Part shown: positions 10,434 to 20,476 of the stretch, in pieces | How the letters are laid out: every line of letters starts with the position of its first letter | Position numbering within the stretch: the stretch's first letter is position 1 | From: an uncultured delta proteobacterium | Lineage (GTDB): Bacteria; Desulfobacterota; RBG-13-43-22 | NCBI GenBank assembly: GCA_963711835.1 | Contig: CAVQFQ010000017.1 | Span: 706,189 to 770,188, forward strand | Direction: 5' to 3' | DNA length: 64,000 nucleotides | Notes under the pieces: generated by a model | What the model saw: the letters and a program-made list of their open reading frames with translations, nothing else | Database searches by the model: none | What the model was told of the DNA's origin: nothing | Made by a program: the position numbers and the translations under genes

Positions 10434-11348
10434 ATGGAAAAAGGGAAAAAGATCTGGTTGGACGGAAAATTTGTTCCTTGGGACAAGGCCCAGGTTCACA
10501 TATTGACCCACAGCCTGCACTACGGTCTGGGGGTCTTTGAAGGGATCCGCTGCTACCGTTGCAGCGATGGGCGGTCGGCGGTATTTCGACTGGAGGAACA
10601 TGTGGAAAGGCTCTTCAATTCCGCCCATGCCATGCAGCTTAAGATCCCTTTCACCCGAAAACAAATCATGGAGGCTTGCTGCCAGACCCTTAAAGTGAAC
10701 GACATGAAGGAGGGCTATATCCGGCCTCTGGTCTTTATCGGCGACGGTGCCATGGGGGTTCATCCTAAGGATAATCCGATCCGCCTGTCCATTATCGCCT
10801 GGAAGTGGGGTGCCTATCTGGGCGACGAAGGACTCAAAAAAGGGATTCGGGCCAAAGTCTCCTCATACACCCGCCATCATGTCAATGTCATGATGACCAA
10901 GACCAAGACCTGCGGAAATTATGTCAACTCCATCCTGGCCAAGAGAGAGGTGACCCGGGACGGTTATGACGAGGCCGTTATGTTGGACACGGAAGGCTAT
11001 GTCTCCGAAGCCAGCGGCGAGAATATCTTCATCGTCCAGAAAGGAAAGATCAAGACACCGCCCTTGACTTCCATCCTGCCCGGGATTACCCGGGATTCCG
11101 TGTTGACCATCGCCCGAGATCAAGGGTTGGAGGTAAAGGAGGAGCGCTTCACCCGGGACGAACTCTACCTGGGCGATGAGGCCTTTTTCTCCGGGACGGC
11201 GGCCGAGATCACCCCGATCAGGGAAGTGGACAACCGGACCATCGGCCTGGGCCGTCCAGGACCTATCACTTTGAAAATTCAAGGTATTTTCTTCAAGGCG
11301 GTCAAGGGCGACGAAGACCGCTACCGGGCCTGGTTGACCACCATTTAA
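10434..11348 (+). CDS. ilvE: Branched-chain amino acid aminotransferase
   Basis: [43 protein letters not shown]. Confidence 0.95.
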   Translation: MEKGKKIWLDGKFVPWDKAQVHILTHSLHYGLGVFEGIRCYRCSDGRSAVFRLEEHVERLFNSAHAMQLKIPFTRKQIMEACCQTLKVNDMKEGYIRPLVFIGDGAMGVHPKDNPIRLSIIAWKWGAYLGDEGLKKGIRAKVSSYTRHHVNVMMTKTKTCGNYVNSILAKREVTRDGYDEAVMLDTEGYVSEASGENIFIVQKGKIKTPPLTSILPGITRDSVLTIARDQGLEVKEERFTRDELYLGDEAFFSGTAAEITPIREVDNRTIGLGRPGPITLKIQGIFFKAVKGDEDRYRAWLTTI

Positions 11349-11376
11349 TTCAAAGACCCTAAAAACAGTCTGATTC

Positions 11377-11417
11377 AGGGGGCTTAGGAAGATCCCTTTC
11401 TAAGCCCCCTTTTTTTC
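11377..11417 (+). terminator. Rho-independent terminator after ilvE
   Basis: agggggcttaggaa...tttctaagccccct followed by T-run. Confidence 0.8.
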
Positions 11418-11469
11418 TTGACATACCATATCTGGTATCCTACTCTCCCATAGATACAATATAAAGGAT
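11418..11469 (+). promoter_or_regulatory. nrdD promoter with tandem NrdR boxes
   Basis: TTGACA-17-TACTCT; ataccatatctggtat (11423-11438) and atacaatataaaggat (11454-11469), 31 bp apart, as is typical for NrdR boxes. Confidence 0.75.
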
Positions 11470-11502
11470 TATAAATGACGGCTTGAAAAGGAGGATTTCG
11501 GG

Positions 11503-13641
11503 ATGGGCGCTGTCGTTGAATTGCAGCCGGAACCCGCCGGATCCGAAGTGAAGGAAACAACGGACCTGGCCCTTTTTGTTCGAACCTCCAGCGAAGATGT
11601 GGTGACCTGGGACCGCCAGAGGATTGTCGAGGCCCTGGTACGGGAAACCTTTGTGGATCTGGATACGGCTGAAGCCATCAGCAAGGAAGTGGAGGAGTTT
11701 ATCTTTTCCACCAAGATCTCCATGGTCACGGCCCCCCTGATCCGCGAACTGGTAGACTCCAAACTGATCGAGCGGGGCCTGGAAAAGGCCCGGATCATGC
11801 ATACCCGCCTGGGAGTCCCCCTGTATGATGTGGATCAGATGATCGTTCATCCCAATAAGGAAAATGCCAATGTCCCCCATGGTCCGGAGGCTACCAACCT
11901 GACCCTGGCCGAAGGGATCAAAAAGGAATATGCCCTGCTGAGTGTTTTTTCCCCCCAGGTAGCGGATGCCCATATGCGGGGAGACATCCACCTGCACGAC
12001 TTGGGCTTTATCGATCGCCCTTATTGCTCAGGGCAGTCGCTGGAATATATTAAAAAATTTGGGTTAAACCTGCCTAACGCCCTTTCTATGGCCAGGCCGG
12101 CCAAGCACCCCGAGGTCTTGCTGGCCCATATGGTAAAATTTGCTGCAGCCCTGCAGAGCCATTTTGCCGGGGCCATCGGCTGGGATGCCCTAAACCTCTT
12201 TTTTGCCCCTTATCTGGAAGGGTTATCGGACCGAGATATCAAACAACTGGCTCAGATGTTGATTTTTGAGTTTTCTCAACAGGCCGTGGCCCGAGGCGGG
12301 CAGGCCATTTTCACCGATATCAACCTCTACTGGGAGATACCCAGTCATTTTGAAGGGGTGCCGGCCATAGGACCCGGGGGCCAATACACCGGAAAAACGT
12401 ATGAAGAATATCTTCCCCTGGCTCAAAAATTCGTCTGGCTTCTTTTTGAGGTCTTCAAGGAGGGGGACGGCGCCGGCCGCCCCTTCTTCTTTCCCAAACC
12501 CCTGGTTCATATTACGGAAAAATTCTTCAAGACCGAAGGGCATAAGGAATTTTTAAACCACATTTGCGAAGTCGCCGCGGTAAAGGGCAATACTTATTTT
12601 GTCTTTGACCGGGGTCAAACGGCCAAGATCTCGGAGTGCTGCCGCTTAAGTTTTAAACTGGAGGCCCAGGACCTTCAGGATGCCAAGGAACCCTGGCGGA
12701 TGCGTTATTGTGCCCTGCAAAATGTGACCGTCAATCTGCCGCGGCTGGCTTATGGGGCTGAGGGCAACGACACCAATCTTTTTGCCAGGCTGGTCGAGAC
12801 CCTGGAATTGGCGGTGGAGGCCCATCTCCAAAAGAGGGCCTTTATTATCAAACTCCTTTCTTTGGGGGAAAAGGGTCCCCTGGCCCTGCTGACCATGAAT
12901 AAGGATGGAACGCCCTACCTGCGCCTGGAGCGGGCTACCTATTTAATCGGCATGGTCGGCTTAAACGAACTGGTTCAATACCATACCGGGGAAGAGCTTC
13001 ATAGTTCCGACCGGGCCATCAAATTCGGGCTTAAGGTCATTGCCTATATGAAACTTCTGGCCGAGCGCTTTAGCCAGAAATACGGCATGCGTTTCGTACT
13101 GGAGCAGACCCCGGCCGAGAGTACGGCCTACCGCTTTGCCAAACTGGACCTTAAAAAATATCCCGATCAGGCTCAAAAAGTGGTCAAGGGCTTGAGGAAC
13201 CGGGGCGAGGTCTATTATACCAATTCCACCCTTTTTAATGTCTCCGTGCCCATCAACCCTATCGAGCGGGTCCGTTTGGAGGGTCTTTTCCATCCCCTGA
13301 TTGAGGCCGGAGCCTTGACCCACATCTGGATCGGTGAGTCCAGACCCGACCAAGAATCGTTGGCCAATTTCATCCTTAAAACCTTCCGGATGACCAAAAA
13401 CGATCAGATCACGTTTTCTCCTGAGTTTACCTCTTGCCGGGCCTGCGGGCAGACCTCCCGGGGGCTCCTGGAGGCCTGTTCTTTCTGCAACTCTTCGGAT
13501 GTGGATGGGATCACCCGAATTACCGGCTATTTTACGAAAATATCGGGCTGGAACAAGGGCAAGATCGGGGAACTCAGAGACCGTTTCAGAAATCCGCAGT
13601 TTTTTAAAAGCAGCAGTCAGCTGACAGCTGATGGCGCCTAG
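11503..13641 (+). CDS. nrdD: Anaerobic (class III) ribonucleoside-triphosphate reductase
   Basis: N-terminal ATP cone, GDIHLHDL, SECCRL, EQTPAESTAYRFA, YYTNS, CxxC...CxxC, glycyl radical RITGY. Confidence 0.95.
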   Translation: MGAVVELQPEPAGSEVKETTDLALFVRTSSEDVVTWDRQRIVEALVRETFVDLDTAEAISKEVEEFIFSTKISMVTAPLIRELVDSKLIERGLEKARIMHTRLGVPLYDVDQMIVHPNKENANVPHGPEATNLTLAEGIKKEYALLSVFSPQVADAHMRGDIHLHDLGFIDRPYCSGQSLEYIKKFGLNLPNALSMARPAKHPEVLLAHMVKFAAALQSHFAGAIGWDALNLFFAPYLEGLSDRDIKQLAQMLIFEFSQQAVARGGQAIFTDINLYWEIPSHFEGVPAIGPGGQYTGKTYEEYLPLAQKFVWLLFEVFKEGDGAGRPFFFPKPLVHITEKFFKTEGHKEFLNHICEVAAVKGNTYFVFDRGQTAKISECCRLSFKLEAQDLQDAKEPWRMRYCALQNVTVNLPRLAYGAEGNDTNLFARLVETLELAVEAHLQKRAFIIKLLSLGEKGPLALLTMNKDGTPYLRLERATYLIGMVGLNELVQYHTGEELHSSDRAIKFGLKVIAYMKLLAERFSQKYGMRFVLEQTPAESTAYRFAKLDLKKYPDQAQKVVKGLRNRGEVYYTNSTLFNVSVPINPIERVRLEGLFHPLIEAGALTHIWIGESRPDQESLANFILKTFRMTKNDQITFSPEFTSCRACGQTSRGLLEACSFCNSSDVDGITRITGYFTKISGWNKGKIGELRDRFRNPQFFKSSSQLTADGA

Positions 13642-13690
13642 TTCGGAGCTCATAGGAAAGCCCGCAGCGAACTAACTAAGGAGGAAGGGC

Positions 13691-13939
13691 ATGACGCTAT
13701 TTACCAAAACGGACTGCCAGAAGTGCCACTATATCAAGGCGCATTTTGACCTTTCCACCCTGGGAATCCAAGAAGAGGTTCTGGGTGAGGATAACCCGCA
13801 AGCCCTGGCCCACCTGGCCTGGCATGAACTGGTGGAGGTGGCCCAGAAGGAATTGCCTATTTTGGTCTTGGACGACTGCTCGGCTGTTGTGGGGGCCCTC
13901 TCGATCAAGAAATATTTAAGCGGCCACCGTGGACATTAA
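13691..13939 (+). CDS. Glutaredoxin/NrdH-like protein
   Basis: LFTKTDCQKC CxxC, LPILVL motif; lies between nrdD and nrdG. Confidence 0.75.
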   Translation: MTLFTKTDCQKCHYIKAHFDLSTLGIQEEVLGEDNPQALAHLAWHELVEVAQKELPILVLDDCSAVVGALSIKKYLSGHRGH

Positions 13940-14576
13940 AGGCTTTATCGAAGTCTCTTTCGTGGATTGGCCGGGGAAGATTTGCGCCGTCCTCTTTTTG
14001 CCCCACTGCAATCTGCGTTGCCCTTTCTGTCACAATCACGAGTTGGTCCTTGAACCGGAGCAGTTTCAGTCCATTCCTTGGGAGGTCATTCAGAAAAAAT
14101 TGCAGTCCCTTAAAGGCTGGTTGGACGGGGTTTGTGTTACCGGGGGAGAGCCGACCATTCATCCCGATCTGCCTGAACTGGTGAAAAAAATCCGTGATCT
14201 GGGGTTTCCGGTCAAGCTGGATACCAATGGAACCCGTCCCGAGGTCCTGGAATCGCTTCTGACTGAGAAGTTGATTGATTATCTGGCCATTGATATCAAG
14301 GGTCCCTTTGAAGAGGAAACGTATGATCGATGCACTGGCGCCCATGTTCCCTTGAAGGCCATCCAGGAATCCATGGCCTTTATCAACTCCGGTCAGGTGA
14401 GGGGGGAATTGAGAACCACCGTGGTTCCCCAATTTCATACCTCGGCCGTTTTGGCCAGAATGGCTCAAGAGTTACGTCAAGCCCCTAAGTGGAGACAACA
14501 GGAATTCAATCCCGCCCAAACGTTGGACCCGACCTTCCGAGACCCGATTTCGGTAGGCCACGAGTCGTTCCGTTAG
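13929..14576 (+). CDS. nrdG: Anaerobic RNR activating radical SAM enzyme
   Basis: CNLRCPFCHN, TGGEPT, KLDTNG, ELRTTVVP. Confidence 0.9.
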   Translation: MDIKGFIEVSFVDWPGKICAVLFLPHCNLRCPFCHNHELVLEPEQFQSIPWEVIQKKLQSLKGWLDGVCVTGGEPTIHPDLPELVKKIRDLGFPVKLDTNGTRPEVLESLLTEKLIDYLAIDIKGPFEEETYDRCTGAHVPLKAIQESMAFINSGQVRGELRTTVVPQFHTSAVLARMAQELRQAPKWRQQEFNPAQTLDPTFRDPISVGHESFR

Positions 14577-14722
14577 TCGTAATTGCATGCTTAGACTTGT
14601 GCCAGTGGCAAAAAAGAGTTAAACCTGTGAGCCCGGCACGCGAGGGTCGGCGGAAAAGGACCTTGGGTTATTCGTTTTTGCTTATAACCTCAAGTTTCCG
14701 CCTTGCGGGGACGATCCACTAA
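14562..14722. other. Structured intergenic element (candidate MITE/REP-like or ncRNA)
   Basis: Nested stems ggcggaaa/tttccgcc, cttg-ggttat/ataacc-t-caag, cgcgagg/ccttgcg, tgcca-g-tggca. Confidence 0.4.
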
Positions 14723-14739
14723 GCTAATACGAGCAGGTT

Positions 14740-15408
14740 TTAAAGAATCAATTCCAGCAGGGCGCCGATTTCCGGGATTATCAAATCCGGGCCGACGGCC
14801 CTCATTTCGGCTTCGCCGGTGCGGCCGCTTAAAACCCCGATGGTAAAGACTCCTGCCTTTTTGCCTGAAACCATATCGATGGGATGGTCTCCCACCATGA
14901 CGGTCTGCTCCGGTAAAAGGCACAATCCTTCCATAGCCTGCCTTAAATGCCCCGGATCGGGTTTGGGGCGCTTTACCTTTTCCCGCGGTAAAAAGAGATC
15001 CACATAATCATCCAGGTCCGGGAAAACCCGGTAAACAGAGCTTTCTGAGTTTCTGGTCAGGATGGCCACCCTGCGTTTTTTCTCCCGTAACTTCCTGAGG
15101 AGCGGGGCGGTAGAGGAAAAAAGGTTTTCCGGAAGGGCGGCTTCCCATTCCCTTTTTTCAATTAATTGCCGGGCCATCGTGTAAAAGATCTCTGCGGCAG
15201 CCGGATGGGAACAGGCAAGCTGTTCCTGGAAGGCCCGGGTACATTCGAGGAGGTAGGGAGGATCGGGGAGAACCGGTTCCCATAAGCCGTGGCTCCGGGC
15301 CAAAGAGAGGATTTCCTTTCGGATGGCCTGGAAGTCGATATTCAATCGGGCCAGGGTTCCGTCAAAATCAAATAAAAAAGCCTTCAATTCGGCAAATTGA
15401 AAAACCAT
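14740..15408 (-). CDS. HAD-superfamily hydrolase (phosphoglycolate phosphatase-like)
   Basis: FDFDGTL, TRN, KPDP, VGDHPID motifs; start uncertain. Confidence 0.88.
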   Translation of the reverse strand: MVFQFAELKAFLFDFDGTLARLNIDFQAIRKEILSLARSHGLWEPVLPDPPYLLECTRAFQEQLACSHPAAAEIFYTMARQLIEKREWEAALPENLFSSTAPLLRKLREKKRRVAILTRNSESSVYRVFPDLDDYVDLFLPREKVKRPKPDPGHLRQAMEGLCLLPEQTVMVGDHPIDMVSGKKAGVFTIGVLSGRTGEAEMRAVGPDLIIPEIGALLELIL

Positions 15409-15613
15409 GATTATGAAACGATCCATCAAAAGAAGCAAAAAGTCAATGGGTCCGTAGGGCAGCCCGACAACCCTTCTTTACTGCAGCCGTTCCGGACCGC
15501 AACACTCCGGCACTAATTTGGGAATCACTATAGCGTTGCTTTTGTCCTGAGAAAGTGATAAGTTAAAGCCCACCATCAGGTTGTTAAGATTCTGGAGAAA
15601 GGAGGATGTTCTC

Positions 15614-16015
15614 TTGGAATGGATCGGCTGGGGATTTTTGGTCATTGCGGCATTGGTGGCGGTTTTCCTGATTCGCACCTTAATTCAGGTGTCCAGGACC
15701 GTGCGGACGGCTGAGGGATTATTAAAATCCCTGGGGGCGGAGGTGACCCCTTTGGTTCGAAATCTGAAAGAGACCTCCGACCATCTCAATCGTTTGCTTC
15801 AACAGGCCCAGGAACGGTTGAATCAAATTGAGGCCCTTTTCCAGACCTTAAAGGAATCCGCTCAAACGGTTTCTACGATTAACCGTATCCTTCGGGGCGG
15901 GATAACTTCTACATTACTGAACGTAGCGGGGTTGGCGGTAGGGGTAAAAACCGCCGGCCAAACTCTATTTAAAAGCATCGGAAAAGGAGGAAGTGATCAT
16001 GGCAGAAGAAAGTAA
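15614..16015 (+). CDS. DUF948/YoxC-like membrane-anchored protein
   Basis: N-terminal TM helix then coiled coil; RBS aaggagg, TTG start; paired with YtxH. Confidence 0.75.
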   Translation: MEWIGWGFLVIAALVAVFLIRTLIQVSRTVRTAEGLLKSLGAEVTPLVRNLKETSDHLNRLLQQAQERLNQIEALFQTLKESAQTVSTINRILRGGITSTLLNVAGLAVGVKTAGQTLFKSIGKGGSDHGRRK

Positions 16016-16325
16016 AGGTTTTGCCGGGAGCGCCTTGGCGTTATCGTTTATTCTGGGCGGCGTGGTAGGAGCAGCCGTGGCCATCCTCTATGCCCCCTGG
16101 GAAGGTCGCCAGGCCAGAGGAAAATTTAAAGAGTTGGCCGAAGAGGTCAAAGACAAGACCGGCGGCATTTCCGGCGAATGGAAGGAAAAGGCCTCCAGTT
16201 TTATTGAAAAAGGCAAGGAATTTGTGGAACAGAAACGGGGTATCCTTTCTTCGGCCTTTGATGCCGGATTGGAGGCCATGAAGAAAGAAAAAGAGGACTT
16301 AAAGAATCCTGAAGGGTTGGTGTAA
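15999..16325 (+). CDS. YtxH-domain protein
   Basis: FILGGVVGAAVAILYAPxxG motif. Confidence 0.85.
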   Translation: MAEESKGFAGSALALSFILGGVVGAAVAILYAPWEGRQARGKFKELAEEVKDKTGGISGEWKEKASSFIEKGKEFVEQKRGILSSAFDAGLEAMKKEKEDLKNPEGLV

Positions 16326-16385
16326 GAAGGCCTCGGGTCAAGGCTGATAGCTCATAGTCTAAAGCCAGGCTCAAAAAGCAGAATG

Positions 16386-16427
16386 AAAAAAAGAGGCGGG
16401 GGATGGTCATCCTCCGCCTCTTTTTTT
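16386..16427. terminator. Bidirectional rho-independent terminator
   Basis: A7-gaggcgggggatg-gt-catcctccgcctc-T7 between convergent genes. Confidence 0.8.
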
Positions 16428-16616
16428 CGCTTTAGTTGCACCCAGCTCCTATTCCAGAATTTATCTCTAATTTTCCAATATCCGGGTGTTTGGGGGACCC
16501 CCAAACACCGTTCCTCCACGACTTGGAAAAAAATTAAATATCTTTTGGTTAGCCTTTCAGGTGACCCCTTGCATCCCGGGACCTCTCCAGGAATTCCGGA
16601 AAGATCCCGAAGGTTT

Positions 16617-17768
16617 TTAGATGGCCCCGATGAGCCGCGAAATAACCAGCCGCTGTATTTCCGAAGTACCTTCCCCAATCTCCAGCAACTTCTGGTCCCG
16701 ATAGAACCGTTCCACATCGTATTCCTTCATCAGGCCATAACCGCCGTGCAATTGAACGGCGTGGTTAGCACAACGATACATGACCTCCGAACAATAGAGT
16801 TTGGCCATAGCGGCTTCTTTGGCATAGGGCTTGTGGTTGTCCCGAAGCCAGCAGGCTTTATAAAGGAGCAGGCGGGCGCATTCTATTTCCATGGCCATAT
16901 CGGCCAGCTTAAAGGAATTAACCTGATAGCTGGCGATCGGCTTGCCGAACTGGACCCTCTCCTTGGAATAGCGCAGGGCCAGTTCAAAACAACCCTGGGC
17001 CCCGCCCAAGCCCATGGATCCGATGCTGAGCCTTCCCCCGTCCAGGGTGCCCAACATTTGATGAAATCCTTCGCCCCGGGGGCCCAGGGTGTTTTCAACC
17101 GGCACCCGACAGTCGTCGAAGTAAAGCTCGCTAGTATTGGAACCCCGCCACATCAACTTGCCGTGCATGGGCCGGGCTTCAAATCCGGGGGTCCCGGATT
17201 CCACCAGGATACAGCTCAATTCCTTCTTCCCGCTCCCCCGGGTGCCGGTTCGGGCCAGAACCGTAACCCCGGCGGTTATCCGGGTTGAGGCGTTGGTGAT
17301 GAAGATCTTGCTGCCGTTGATGATCCATTCATTCCCATCCAGGACCGCCGTGGTCTGGGTATTCCCGGCGTCCGATCCGGCATTCGGTTCGGTCAGACCA
17401 AACCCCCAGAGCATTTCGCCGCTGCAAAGCTTGGGGAGATATTTTCTTTTCTGTTCCTCGCTCCCATAGTAGTAGAGGGGTCCGATTCCCAGGGAATTGC
17501 CGGCCGCAATGGTCGCGGCATGGGAACCGTCCACCCGGGCGATTTCTTCCACGGCGATGATATAGGAGACGTAATCTAACCCTTGCCCCCCATATTCTTC
17601 TGAAACAAACATGCCGAAAAGCCCCAGATCCCCCATGGCCCGGCAGGTTTCATAGGAGAACTCTTCCTTTTCATCCAATTCCCGGGCCTTGGGTTTGATT
17701 TCTTTCTCGGCAAAATCCCGAACCGATTTTCGGAGTATCTCCTGTTCCATGGTTAAGGAAAAATCCAT
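16617..17768 (-). CDS. Acyl-CoA dehydrogenase
   Basis: LTEPNAGSD, NGSKIFITN, RVQFGKPI, QLHGGYG, IGEGTSEIQR. Confidence 0.95.
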   Translation of the reverse strand: MDFSLTMEQEILRKSVRDFAEKEIKPKARELDEKEEFSYETCRAMGDLGLFGMFVSEEYGGQGLDYVSYIIAVEEIARVDGSHAATIAAGNSLGIGPLYYYGSEEQKRKYLPKLCSGEMLWGFGLTEPNAGSDAGNTQTTAVLDGNEWIINGSKIFITNASTRITAGVTVLARTGTRGSGKKELSCILVESGTPGFEARPMHGKLMWRGSNTSELYFDDCRVPVENTLGPRGEGFHQMLGTLDGGRLSIGSMGLGGAQGCFELALRYSKERVQFGKPIASYQVNSFKLADMAMEIECARLLLYKACWLRDNHKPYAKEAAMAKLYCSEVMYRCANHAVQLHGGYGLMKEYDVERFYRDQKLLEIGEGTSEIQRLVISRLIGAI

Positions 17769-18018
17769 AGCCGCTCCCTATCACTGGTGTTGATAAAACG
17801 GAATGATCAACTCAGACCACCGTAAAATGGGTCAGGAAGAAAAAGAATTCAAGAAGCCTACCCTTTAAACGGATTTAGAAAATTCCGATTGAAAATTGCA
17901 AAAAATATAGGAGGGTTAATAGGCGATGTCAATAAAAAGTTTAACGGATCCGGTAATCATTCAGGGCTATTTCCCCTGGCAGACGGCCCTGACTTGAGGA
18001 AGATCGGGCGCTTTCAAA

Positions 18019-18057
18019 AATAACTTGACAGTTATTTTAATTAGTTATTATATAGCT
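18019..18057 (+). promoter_or_regulatory. Sigma70 promoter with inverted repeat over -35
   Basis: aataact-tgac-agttatt overlapping TTGACA (18025), followed by AT-rich -10. Confidence 0.55.
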
Positions 18058-18236
18058 ACAAAATAATTTCAGGCAATCGCAAACCCGGAGGGGTAAGGCA
18101 ACGGTTGGATTTGAAATCAGGAAAGCGCCGGGTGCGATCGAAAGAGAAAGCCGGGGAGATCTGGTTCCCTGAAAGCCGTGGGCCGGAGAAGGTTTTTTGA
18201 GCGTATTCCCAAATACAAATTTTAGGAGGATCGGGG

Positions 18237-19607
18237 ATGATCACATTTAAGAAAGGGAATTTAAGGATTCCAAAATGGAACCGAAAGGTTTTTATGGTCG
18301 CCGGCGGAACGACGGCCTACAAAAAGTTTTTCCCGGAGTACAAACTGGAAGAACTGGTTATGATGGCCTTCAAGCAGATGCTGGAAGACAACAACCTCAA
18401 AATGGACCCCCTGGAGGTTAAAGGTCTCATCAACTATGCGGCTTACGGGGAATTTGCCGACCACTTTCAGGATCAACTGCTCTGTGAAGCGAAAGTTCAT
18501 GATTACCTGGGCTTGGATCCCCTGTATAACACAGGCATCAAGACCGGCGGGGCCACCGGGGGAACAACCATCCTCAATGCCGCCATGGCCGTGGCCTCGG
18601 GCTATGCCGATGTGGCCCTGGCTGCCGGCTGGGAACGGATGGACGAAGTCGATACCCGGACCGGAAATTTTTATATCTCCACCGCCGCCTGCAAGGACTT
18701 TGAAACCCGCCTGGCCCGTATTTATTCCGCTTATTATGCCCCCATGGCCAACCGTTTTGCCTGGGCCTTTAATGTCTCGGAAACCACCCGGGCCAAGATA
18801 GCCGTAAAGAATCGTCTCTATGCCTGCTCTTCGCCCTACGCCCAGCAACCGGGAAAACATACCATTGAAGAGGTCCTGGCCAGCCCCATGTCAGCTTTTC
18901 CGCTGCGTTTCCTGGAATGCTGCGCCATGAGCGTTGGGTCGGCCTGTGTCCTGCTCTGCGACGAGAAAACGGCTTATAAGTTGACCGACCGACCGGTGGA
19001 GGTTTTCATTTGCGGCGGGACGCATACCCTGCGGGTGGCCGACCGCCGGGCCATGGATATCCCCCTGCTGCCCAATGAACGCCCGGGGATGTATAAGGAT
19101 TACCTCCGGGAAGGAAGTCGTTATCCCGGTTTTGAGAGCTTCCTGGCAGCGCGCTTTGCGGCCTGGCTGGTCTATCGAATGGCCGGGATCTATGATCCCC
19201 TGGAAGAGCTGGACCTGGTGGAACTTCATGATGCCTTCACCATCAGCGATCTTCAGACCTACGGCGACATCGGTCTTCGACCCTATGGCCAGGAACAGGA
19301 TTATATCGAATCCGGCGACGCCTATTTCGGCGGGAAGTGTCCTTCCAACCTGTCGGGAGGGTTGTTGGGAACCATGCATGCCGTCGGCGCTACCGGGATC
19401 TTCCAGGCCGCGGAATGCCTCTGGCAGTTGCAGCAAAAATATGACCAATTCCACGGCGACCCCAAGATCTGGAAAAAATGGGGCAAGAAAAAGCCCCGGG
19501 ACTGGAAGAGCCTGCAAGTCCCCAAGAAAAGCAAACAGGCCCTCTGGGTTTCCCATGCCGGGGTCGGTTCCCATGTAACCGTTGGTATTCTCAGGAAGAG
19601 CTGGTAA
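18237..19607 (+). CDS. SCP2-type thiolase-like protein lacking the N-terminal catalytic Cys
   Basis: ELHDAF and NLSGGLLGTMHAVGATG motifs; KTGGATGG where xxCASG is expected. Confidence 0.85.
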   Translation: MITFKKGNLRIPKWNRKVFMVAGGTTAYKKFFPEYKLEELVMMAFKQMLEDNNLKMDPLEVKGLINYAAYGEFADHFQDQLLCEAKVHDYLGLDPLYNTGIKTGGATGGTTILNAAMAVASGYADVALAAGWERMDEVDTRTGNFYISTAACKDFETRLARIYSAYYAPMANRFAWAFNVSETTRAKIAVKNRLYACSSPYAQQPGKHTIEEVLASPMSAFPLRFLECCAMSVGSACVLLCDEKTAYKLTDRPVEVFICGGTHTLRVADRRAMDIPLLPNERPGMYKDYLREGSRYPGFESFLAARFAAWLVYRMAGIYDPLEELDLVELHDAFTISDLQTYGDIGLRPYGQEQDYIESGDAYFGGKCPSNLSGGLLGTMHAVGATGIFQAAECLWQLQQKYDQFHGDPKIWKKWGKKKPRDWKSLQVPKKSKQALWVSHAGVGSHVTVGILRKSW

Positions 19608-19621
19608 AGGAGGAAGAGAAA

Positions 19622-20122
19622 ATGGTTCAAAAAACAAAACAGACCAAATTCATCGGTCAGGTGACTAAGATTCGACAGACCGAACCGCGTACCGTCATCG
19701 AGTGGCCCCGAACCTTAACCCATGTACATACCTATGGGATGCTTTCTCCTTTCTTCCAAGGGCTGAAAGAAGGCAAGCTGACGGCCACCTTTTGCCCAAA
19801 CAAAAAATGCACCGAAAATAGGCTCTGGATACCCCCCAGGGCTCATTGTCCCGACTGCCATACGGAGATGAAATGGAAGACCCTGCGCAATCCGGTAATC
19901 GGAAAGGTTTATGCCTTTACCGAAGTAGTTTACGCCGGAGTCGGGCTTGAGCTTTCCACGCCCTATTGGCAGATCGATGTTGAGATCCCCGGGTTGGCGA
20001 CCATCCCCAAAAGCTACCTCCTATATGGGAAACCGTTCATCGGGATGAAGGTCAAGGCGGAATTCAGGACCGAGAAACCCACCAACACGGTCCTTGATTA
20101 TTATTGGGTCCCGGTGGAATAA
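19622..20122 (+). CDS. DUF35 Zn-ribbon/OB-fold acyl-CoA-binding protein
   Basis: FFQGLKEGKL, CxxxxC...PPRAHCPDC, GKVYAFT, IGMKVKAEF; follows thiolase. Confidence 0.85.
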   Translation: MVQKTKQTKFIGQVTKIRQTEPRTVIEWPRTLTHVHTYGMLSPFFQGLKEGKLTATFCPNKKCTENRLWIPPRAHCPDCHTEMKWKTLRNPVIGKVYAFTEVVYAGVGLELSTPYWQIDVEIPGLATIPKSYLLYGKPFIGMKVKAEFRTEKPTNTVLDYYWVPVE

Positions 20123-20476
20123 GGCCGCGATAGGGCCCAAGGACCTATTTTTTACCTGACGGCCTGTTTCCGATAAACAGGTCCTTCGAGCATCTATACA
20201 TCTCTCCGGGCCAAGAGGAGAATCCCTACTCCTCTTGGCTTGCCAGACCGCTTTGGATTTTTTCCGGAACCCAGGAGGACCGCTTGAACGGTGAGGCCAT
20301 GAACTGCCTCCGGCGGGTGTACCCCTTAAGAATCACCTCACCCCTTGGGAAGAGTATTTTCTCCACCGCCTGGCCCGGATGGCCGGCATCGTCATTTCCA
20401 ACTTGGGAGAAATCCTCTTTTCATCCAGGATTGGCAAATAACCTTAGACCCTGAGGTGACCTTGAAGTCCTTGCCC

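Noticed and set aside
14628-14722. Group II intron 5' end (gtgagcccggca), 6S RNA, SRP RNA or tmRNA
   Set aside because: No domain V or RT; no SRP core; no tmRNA tag; kept only as an unclassified element
16383-17288. 301-aa plus-strand ORF
   Set aside because: Antisense to the acyl-CoA dehydrogenase and runs through a terminator
20300-20442. Short plus-strand frame (…NHLTPWEEYFLHRLARMAG…) before prmA
   Set aside because: No suitable start codon or recognisable family
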